From a virus: a DNA stretch of 64,000 bases. Below the pieces are notes generated by a model. That model saw only the letters and a list, made by a program, of their open reading frames with translations, did not search any database and was not told where the DNA came from. Of this stretch, positions 57,264-64,000 are shown piece by piece. Position numbers and translations under genes: made by a program. Position 1 is the first letter of the stretch; every line of letters begins with the position of its first letter. The stretch lies in IMG/VR virus record IMGVR_UViG_3300027804_000039, positions 127,096 to 191,095 of that record. One strand, written 5' to 3'.

Positions 57264-58025
57264 ATGTCAATAATAAAGATTGGATATGTACCGTGGTTTG
57301 AAAAATCCCCTTTTACCAATCAAGGATCCCTTAACTATTACGGCTGGAGCGAGGTAGTACAATTTGATTTAGAAAAAGTTGACACGTGGAAGGATTCAAC
57401 TAAAGGATTTATGAAGTGTCCTGCATTTGTGAAATATGTTGATCAAACCTGGGTTATTAAATCCAGTATAGATATAGATATACGGTGGGACAGTACTAAC
57501 AAAGTTTTACACAGCAATCTTCCTGAACTAGCACACAATGCCATGCTAAGAACACATTGGGGAGATTTCAACATCGAAACAGAACGACCAATAGTTGCTG
57601 TCAACAGCTCTTATTTGTTTGTAGCCGATGATGATGTGTGGATAGACTTCTTACCTCCATTTAATGATATTGATCCTAAATGGAGATTAATGCCAGGAAG
57701 TTTTAACATTAAAAACTGGCAAAGACCTGTGGTTCCTACATTTGAAATGTTAGCCGACGAAGTTACCTTAAAGCGAGGCCAGCCTCTTGCTTACATTAAA
57801 TTTAGAAGTAGAAATCCACAAGATATGTTTAAACTTATTAAACAAGAAAGAACTGCGGAGTTAGAACATTTAGCAAATTCTTGTGTGACGATCAAAGCAT
57901 ACCAACCAAATTTAAGTTGGCATGTTGTTAGCGGAAATGTTCCTAACAATCAAAGAAAAGGTAAAAAGTTGGTAAAGACAGAACCTTGGATTTGTAGATT
58001 TTTTAGATTTATTTTAAGAAAATGA
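57264..58025 (+). CDS. Hypothetical protein with dUTPase-like beta fold
   Basis: MKCPA, LMPG, LKRGQPLAYI pattern; catalytic dUTPase motifs not evident. Confidence 0.5.
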   Translation: MSIIKIGYVPWFEKSPFTNQGSLNYYGWSEVVQFDLEKVDTWKDSTKGFMKCPAFVKYVDQTWVIKSSIDIDIRWDSTNKVLHSNLPELAHNAMLRTHWGDFNIETERPIVAVNSSYLFVADDDVWIDFLPPFNDIDPKWRLMPGSFNIKNWQRPVVPTFEMLADEVTLKRGQPLAYIKFRSRNPQDMFKLIKQERTAELEHLANSCVTIKAYQPNLSWHVVSGNVPNNQRKGKKLVKTEPWICRFFRFILRK

Positions 58026-59485
58026 TAAAATCACTGACTATACTTGGAGGCGGAACTGCTGGTCTTATTACTGCTTTAATTTTAAAAAAGTGGTATCCGG
58101 CAATGGAGATCACTGTTATCGAAAGCTCTAATATAGGAATAGTTGGAGTTGGGGAAGGCAGTACTGAACACTGGTCAACTTTTATGAAGGCAGTTGACAT
58201 AAAACTTCAAGATTTAATTACAGAAGCTGGCGCAACATTTAAAACAGGTATTAAATTTGAGAATTGGAACGGGGACGGCAAATTTTATATGCACTCTCTA
58301 CACGCAAATTTTACTGAGCCAGTGCCGTCGGGTGTTCCTGGCATCATGATTCAAATGATGATTGATGGCGCAGAACATTTAACTCCATCTAGTGTGTTAA
58401 ACTCAACTCATTATTTTCCGCTGTCAACTACAGTATATCAGTATCATTTTGACACATTTAAACTTAATAACTTTTTTCATAAGATATGTACGGAAAGAGG
58501 TATTAATTTTGTAAACGACGACATTGTTGATGTTACGTTAGATCAAGACGGATATGTTAAAGAATTGGTTTCAACAACTAACAAATATTCAGCAGACTTT
58601 TTTGTTGACTCTAGCGGTTTTAAAAAGATTATCTCTTCTAAGTTAGGATTAAAATGGAAAGATTGTAAAGATTATCTTCCTATGAATAGAGCGTTTGCTT
58701 TTCCAACTGAGCGCACGGAAGAGATTCCGTCTCATACTTTAAGCAGAGCACTATCAAGCGGCTGGATGTGGAGAATTCCAACGCAAGATCGTTATGGAAA
58801 CGGCTATGTGTTTTCAGATAATTTTATTAATGACGATCAAGCACTGGACGAAATACAAAAATATTACCCCTCTGAGATTCATGTAGGTAAAAGTTTTAAA
58901 TTTTCTGCAGGTTATTTAGAAAACCCGTGGACTAAAAATTGTGTTAGTATAGGGCTTTCTGCATCCTTTGTTGAGCCGTTAGAAGCAAGTAGCATTGGCA
59001 CATCTATTCAACAGGCATTTGGCTTTGGTGCTGCTATACTTAATTGGTCAAAAGGGAAGGACAAAACCTCAGAAACTTATAATTTACATTTTAGAAAAGT
59101 ATCTGAAAACATAATTGATTTTGTTCAGTTACACTATTTTACAAAAAGAAATGATTCTCCTTTCTGGCAAGCCTGCAAAAATGAAATTACTTTAACTGAT
59201 TTTAACAAAGAAACTTTAGAATACTTTAAACACACAATTCCGTTAAAGTCTCAATTCTCGCAACCTTTTATATTATTTTCAGAAGCCAACTGGATACAAG
59301 TTATGTATGGTTTAGGGTTGTTTGATATAGATTCTATTTCTAAAATTTGGATGAACCAAGACGAGGGCCTTATCTTAGAAGCTCGTAATAAGGTATTAGA
59401 CGTAGCAAAGTATCAAACAAGAGATCAATTTTTTCATCATAGAGAAGCATTAAATTTTATAATGTCAAAAAATTTTAATGAATAA
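58022..59485 (+). CDS. Flavin-dependent (tryptophan-type) halogenase 1
   Basis: GGGTAG, GVGEGS, TFKTGIKF, WMWRIP, FVEPLEAS. Confidence 0.92.
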   Translation: MIKSLTILGGGTAGLITALILKKWYPAMEITVIESSNIGIVGVGEGSTEHWSTFMKAVDIKLQDLITEAGATFKTGIKFENWNGDGKFYMHSLHANFTEPVPSGVPGIMIQMMIDGAEHLTPSSVLNSTHYFPLSTTVYQYHFDTFKLNNFFHKICTERGINFVNDDIVDVTLDQDGYVKELVSTTNKYSADFFVDSSGFKKIISSKLGLKWKDCKDYLPMNRAFAFPTERTEEIPSHTLSRALSSGWMWRIPTQDRYGNGYVFSDNFINDDQALDEIQKYYPSEIHVGKSFKFSAGYLENPWTKNCVSIGLSASFVEPLEASSIGTSIQQAFGFGAAILNWSKGKDKTSETYNLHFRKVSENIIDFVQLHYFTKRNDSPFWQACKNEITLTDFNKETLEYFKHTIPLKSQFSQPFILFSEANWIQVMYGLGLFDIDSISKIWMNQDEGLILEARNKVLDVAKYQTRDQFFHHREALNFIMSKNFNE

Positions 59486-60995
59486 AAAAATTATTATACT
59501 TGGTGGTGGTTCGGCAGGTTGGATAACTGCATTATTTCTTAAGGAAATGTTTCCTAATAACGAAATAACAGTTGTTGAAGATCCGTCAACTCCTCCAATT
59601 GTTGCAGGCGAAAGCGGTTCTGCTCAGTTTAATAAATTGTTAAATTTTCTTGGAATTAATTTTGATGACTGGGTAGTTAGAGTAAATGCTATGCCTAAGT
59701 TAGGTGGTAAATTAACCAATTGGAACGGAGTTGGTACTTCTTTTATTCACGGTCTGATACCTTCTTGGTATAGCACTAGATATAACGCCGAGTTTCCTTC
59801 TTTTGGTTTAACATCTATTGATTTTATGTCAAGTGCAGTGGCACTTGATATACCGGTAGAAAACATATTCTATGCTGCAAGTTTACAGCATAACAATAAA
59901 CTACCAATAACACCGTTTTCACAAGATCCAAGACAAAAATTTAATGTATTATCTATGCCAATGTGGCACTTTGATAGCAGAGCAAATGCTGCTTTTATGA
60001 AAGAAAAGGGTCTTGAGAAAGGTATTAAACTAATCGAAGGCAAGTATCAGAGAAGCATACGAAACACTAACGAAAATATCGATGCAATCGTACTGGAAGA
60101 TCAAAGACAATTAAATGCTGATTGGTTTTTTGATTGTTCAGGATTTGCAAGGCTTCTTTTGAAGAAAGAAATGAAAGTAGAAGAAGTTGACCTTAGTAAT
60201 TATTTCCCGGCTAGTTCAGTTATAGCATGGTGGGATGATGAGCCAGAAATTAAAAATTACACCGGATTAAATGCCATGAAGTACGGCTGGTGTTGGAATA
60301 TTAATTTGCAGCATAGAGCAGGCAATGGTTACATCTACGATGATTCACACATCTCTAAAGATCAAGCATTTGAAGAAATTGAAAAAACGTACGGTAAAAA
60401 AATAAAACCTGTAGCAAATCTTAAGTTTACTCCGTCGTTACTAAAAGAAGGATGGCGAAATAATGTAGTAGCCATAGGGTTAAGTACAGGATTTTTGGAG
60501 CCTTTAGAATCAAATGGCCTTAGTAGTATTGCAGAACAATTGAAAGCTGTTGAATATTTTTGGAATCCGTCTAGTGAAGGCGGGTGGGCTAGAGATTGCT
60601 ATAACAAATACAACTGGGAAGTTATGACTGATATATGTGATTTTCTGTGCCTACATTATAGAGGGCACAGAAACGATACAGAATTCTGGAGAGACCACAA
60701 CACAAACCCAGCACGTATGTCGGATAATCTTCGAGCAAGACTTGATGGTGCTCAGCAAGGTGTATTAGGAATAGACGACACCAAAGGGTATGCTATAGAA
60801 AACTATATTATTGTCCTCCAAGGGTTAGATCTCATTAATAAAGAAAAATTAAAAAATAATTTATTGTCAAAACGAGCTAGTATTTTTGATGACTTTAATA
60901 GGCATTACACTGTCTTATCAAAAGAGATTGCTCAAATTAATGAAATATGTTATACTACAGAACAATGGAAAGAGTTAATGTATGGAAAAAGTTGA
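59478..60995 (+). CDS. Flavin-dependent halogenase-like protein 2
   Basis: GGGSAG, AGESG, PKLGGKL, WCWNIN, FLEPLES. Confidence 0.88.
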   Translation: MNKKIIILGGGSAGWITALFLKEMFPNNEITVVEDPSTPPIVAGESGSAQFNKLLNFLGINFDDWVVRVNAMPKLGGKLTNWNGVGTSFIHGLIPSWYSTRYNAEFPSFGLTSIDFMSSAVALDIPVENIFYAASLQHNNKLPITPFSQDPRQKFNVLSMPMWHFDSRANAAFMKEKGLEKGIKLIEGKYQRSIRNTNENIDAIVLEDQRQLNADWFFDCSGFARLLLKKEMKVEEVDLSNYFPASSVIAWWDDEPEIKNYTGLNAMKYGWCWNINLQHRAGNGYIYDDSHISKDQAFEEIEKTYGKKIKPVANLKFTPSLLKEGWRNNVVAIGLSTGFLEPLESNGLSSIAEQLKAVEYFWNPSSEGGWARDCYNKYNWEVMTDICDFLCLHYRGHRNDTEFWRDHNTNPARMSDNLRARLDGAQQGVLGIDDTKGYAIENYIIVLQGLDLINKEKLKNNLLSKRASIFDDFNRHYTVLSKEIAQINEICYTTEQWKELMYGKS

Positions 60996-62499
60996 TAGTA
61001 TACTAGTGCTCGGTGGCGGCACAAGCGGATTAATTACCGCAATAATGATGAAAACCCAATTTCCTGAAAAAGAAATTAAGGTCATCGAGAGCTCTTCAAT
61101 TGGCATTATTGGTGTTGGGGAAGGTGCAACAGAACATTGGCGTAGTTTTTGTGACTTTGTTGGCATTCCTTTGGAAGAGACACTAGCAGAATGTGGAGCA
61201 ACATTAAAAGCAGGAATTAAATTTAGCAATTGGGGTGTTCCAGATTATTATCACGCAACTTGTGAGCCTTACTCTCAAGCAGCAGGAGACTACCTTGCCG
61301 TTTATGCTACTATGATAAGTCAAGGTGCAAGTCCTATTGATATAATATTTGACCGAAGGTGTGTTAATAATGAAATACCCACTGGATGGTTAGAAGGTAC
61401 TGCTTCTTGTCCGGTTAACCAATTTCATTTTAATACATTTAGTACCAATGATTATCTGCATAAAATTTGTCGAAACAGAAACATTCCAATAATCGATGAT
61501 AAAATTCACGATGTGGAGTTAGATGAAAACGGTTACATAAAGACATTGCATGGAAACGATTCTTATTCAGCAGATTTTTTTATAGATTGTTCAGGGTTTG
61601 CAAAGTTATTGATTAGTAAATTAGGCGCAAAGTGGATCAGTTATAAAGATAATCTTTGGCTAAACAGCGCAATAGCATTTCCCACAGAAGATACAGAAGA
61701 ATATCCTGTATGTACACAAGCCACAGCATTAGATTATGGGTGGATGTGGAACACGCCTGTTAGAGGTCGCTGGGGAAATGGTTATGTTTTCTGTGACAAA
61801 TACATCAATTTTGAGCAAGCACAAGAAGAAGTAGAAAAAGTGCTGGGAAGAAAAGTTAATATTGCTAAAAAAATTAAATTTGAAGCAGGCAAATTAGACA
61901 GAGCATGGATTAAAAATTGCGCCAGTATTGGACTTTGTTCTAGTTTTGTTGAACCTTTAGAAAGTTCGGCAATTAGTCAAACTATTTTACAAGGGTTTTT
62001 AATCACCAACTTGTTGCAATCTTGGATTAATAGTAATGACGAAATAGCATCAATTTATAACGATAAAGTTGATCACTTATGCGAGAACATACTAGATTTC
62101 ATTGCAGTACATTATATAAGTCCTAGAGAAGATACACCATTTTGGAAGGATCTAAAAGATAACCGCGACAGTTGGATGCCTGAGACATTGAAAAGAAACT
62201 TAGCCAAGTGGGAAAAGAGGTTGCCCATGGTTGTAGATTTTAACAAACAATATAGTTTATTTGTTGCATCTAATTGGATTGTTACCCTTCATGGTATGCA
62301 ATTAATAAAGCAAGAAAATGTCCAGCGAGAAGTTTCGATGTTATCTTCTTACGTTAAACTTCGATGCCAGGAAATTATCGATGAGAATAAAAGATTAGAA
62401 AGAGAATTAACACACGTATCTCATAAAAGAATTTTGGAAATGTTCGATATAAAATATCAAGAACATATGAAAAAACTCAAGGAGTTACAAAGTGAATAA
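60982..62499 (+). CDS. Flavin-dependent halogenase 3
   Basis: GGGTSG, GVGEGA, TLKAGIKF, WMWNTP, FVEPLESS. Confidence 0.9.
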   Translation: MEKVDSILVLGGGTSGLITAIMMKTQFPEKEIKVIESSSIGIIGVGEGATEHWRSFCDFVGIPLEETLAECGATLKAGIKFSNWGVPDYYHATCEPYSQAAGDYLAVYATMISQGASPIDIIFDRRCVNNEIPTGWLEGTASCPVNQFHFNTFSTNDYLHKICRNRNIPIIDDKIHDVELDENGYIKTLHGNDSYSADFFIDCSGFAKLLISKLGAKWISYKDNLWLNSAIAFPTEDTEEYPVCTQATALDYGWMWNTPVRGRWGNGYVFCDKYINFEQAQEEVEKVLGRKVNIAKKIKFEAGKLDRAWIKNCASIGLCSSFVEPLESSAISQTILQGFLITNLLQSWINSNDEIASIYNDKVDHLCENILDFIAVHYISPREDTPFWKDLKDNRDSWMPETLKRNLAKWEKRLPMVVDFNKQYSLFVASNWIVTLHGMQLIKQENVQREVSMLSSYVKLRCQEIIDENKRLERELTHVSHKRILEMFDIKYQEHMKKLKELQSE

Positions 62500-63109
62500 C
62501 GTCCATTTATTTCCTATACTAGTTCAAAAATATAAAATAGAACCAAATAAAGAAGAGTACGAGATGTTTGATACTCTTTTATCAACAGTTTTTAATAACT
62601 CAATGGAAAATATTTGGGCACTTGAGACTGGTAAATCTACTGGTCAGCACGATTTATTTTTACACACCAGACCCGAAGCACAGTGGTTAATGCAACAAAC
62701 ATTTAAATGCGTATTGCATTACTGGAATGCATTACAGTACAGAACCGGTGCAAAATTAGAATGTACAAGTGCATGGGCAAATTCTCACAAGTTTGGACAA
62801 ATAACAGGCGAGCATAGTCATTGCGGTGGCGCAGTTAGAGCACATATTTCAGCTGCATACTATTTTAAAAAACCTGCTCTATCCGGAAATATTGAGTTTG
62901 TAGATCCGTTAGAATACATACATAAAATGACACCTATACACGAATACAGTGAATATACGCCTGTTGGTATTTCTCATATGTATAAAGAAGTAGAAGCAGA
63001 ACAGTTTGACCTAGTATTATTTCCAAGTTGGTTAAAGCATCGTACCCAAGTAAGTCAATCTAACGACGAGCGTGTTTGTGTTAGCATGAATTTTGTAGGA
63101 CTATATTAA
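62492..63109 (+). CDS. 2OG-Fe(II) oxygenase (TIGR02466-like)
   Basis: HSH...ISAAYY, FPSWLKHRT, RVCVSMN. Confidence 0.88.
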   Translation: MNNVHLFPILVQKYKIEPNKEEYEMFDTLLSTVFNNSMENIWALETGKSTGQHDLFLHTRPEAQWLMQQTFKCVLHYWNALQYRTGAKLECTSAWANSHKFGQITGEHSHCGGAVRAHISAAYYFKKPALSGNIEFVDPLEYIHKMTPIHEYSEYTPVGISHMYKEVEAEQFDLVLFPSWLKHRTQVSQSNDERVCVSMNFVGLY

Positions 63110-64000
63110 ATGAATACTGATAAAATTATTATTGTAGGAGGCGGAAGTGCTGGGTGGATGACAGCAGCTACCCTTATTAAAAACTTTCCTAATAAGGACA
63201 TTTCTGTTATTGAAAGTAAAGATGTACCCATCGTTGGAGTTGGCGAAAGTACGTTAGGCCAGATTAATGAATGGTTGTATACATTAGGTATCAACGAAGA
63301 CGATTTTATGAAAGATTGTGATGCTAGTTTAAAACTTAGTATTAAATTTACAGACTGGGGTGGAAAAGGCACAGGTGCATTCCACTATCCATTTGGGGAT
63401 CCGTGGATGGTAGGGTCTAATTTTGGATTAAACGATTGGTTTATTAAAAAAACAATGTATCCAGATATTCCTAACTCTGATTTTGTAGATTGTTTTTATC
63501 CTGCAATGCCGCTAATCTATCAAAATAAAGTGATAAAAAATGAAGACGGCCGATTACCTGGATTCAGATACTTGAGTGATGTTGCTTATCATTTTGATGC
63601 TACAAAATTTGGCGCATGGTTAAGAGATAAGTTTTGTATTCCAAGAGGTGTAAAACACATAGTTGGTACTATAAATGAAGACATTGCTACAGACGCAAAC
63701 GGAGTTTCCTATTTAGAATTATCTACAGGCGAGAAGATTATTGCGGATTTATATATAGACTGTACAGGTTGGAAGAGCTTGCTGATGAAATCATTAGATG
63801 TTCCTTTTGAAAGTTATGAAGATATATTGCCTAACAACGGTGCATGGGCCACTCGTGTTCCGTTTACAGACAAAGTTAATGAACTAGAAGGTTATACAAA
63901 CTGCACAGCTATTGGTCACGGTTGGGTCTGGAATATACCACTGTGGAGTCGTATTGGTACAGGATATGTGTTTAGTACTAAGTATATTTCTAAAGAAGAT
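63110..64000 (+). CDS. Flavin-dependent halogenase 4, truncated by the window edge
   Basis: Read manually: GGGSAG, GVGEST, SLKLSIKF, WVWNIP; frame open to the end. Confidence 0.9.
   Translation, partial: MNTDKIIIVGGGSAGWMTAATLIKNFPNKDISVIESKDVPIVGVGESTLGQINEWLYTLGINEDDFMKDCDASLKLSIKFTDWGGKGTGAFHYPFGDPWMVGSNFGLNDWFIKKTMYPDIPNSDFVDCFYPAMPLIYQNKVIKNEDGRLPGFRYLSDVAYHFDATKFGAWLRDKFCIPRGVKHIVGTINEDIATDANGVSYLELSTGEKIIADLYIDCTGWKSLLMKSLDVPFESYEDILPNNGAWATRVPFTDKVNELEGYTNCTAIGHGWVWNIPLWSRIGTGYVFSTKYISKED

Noticed and set aside
52721-64000. RiPP precursor or flavin reductase within the halogenase array
   Set aside because: No short leader/core peptide or reductase motif found; the 100-aa Cys protein looks like a folded metal-binding family; partners may lie beyond the window

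Overview
A 64-kb slice of a large lytic T4-like myovirus genome with four parts. (1) About 0.6-14.4 kb is a visibly more GC-rich early/host-takeover island. It is built from small gene cassettes, most with their own consensus sigma70 promoter (17 forward, 2 reverse, all with 17-bp spacers) and an island-specific ribosome-binding motif AGGAGCG. It also holds two tRNAs (Ile2-CAT, Arg-TCT) and origin-like repeats. (2) About 16-32 kb is a minus-strand replication/recombination block: gp41 helicase, carbamoyltransferase, primase, a 192-aa mini DnaE, UvsW, UvsY, UvsX and gp32. (3) About 32-52 kb is morphogenesis: terminase subunits, gp4, tail tube and sheath, fibres, and neck gp13/14/15. (4) From 52 kb to the end is an AT-rich enzyme array with seven 2OG-Fe(II) oxygenases and at least four tandem flavin-dependent halogenases. 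The most notable unexplained signal is three plus-strand hairpins next to intrinsic terminators (7898-7914, 12828-12862, 12871-12906). Their loops (TTCGCTCC) are the exact complement of the early-gene RBS motif GGAGCGAA. About 15 replication and late genes appear leaderless, and two small antisense transcripts share a GGACGTGGAGG core. Together these suggest an RNA-based translational switch. All functional calls come from motif recognition by eye; no database searches or folding calculations were run.
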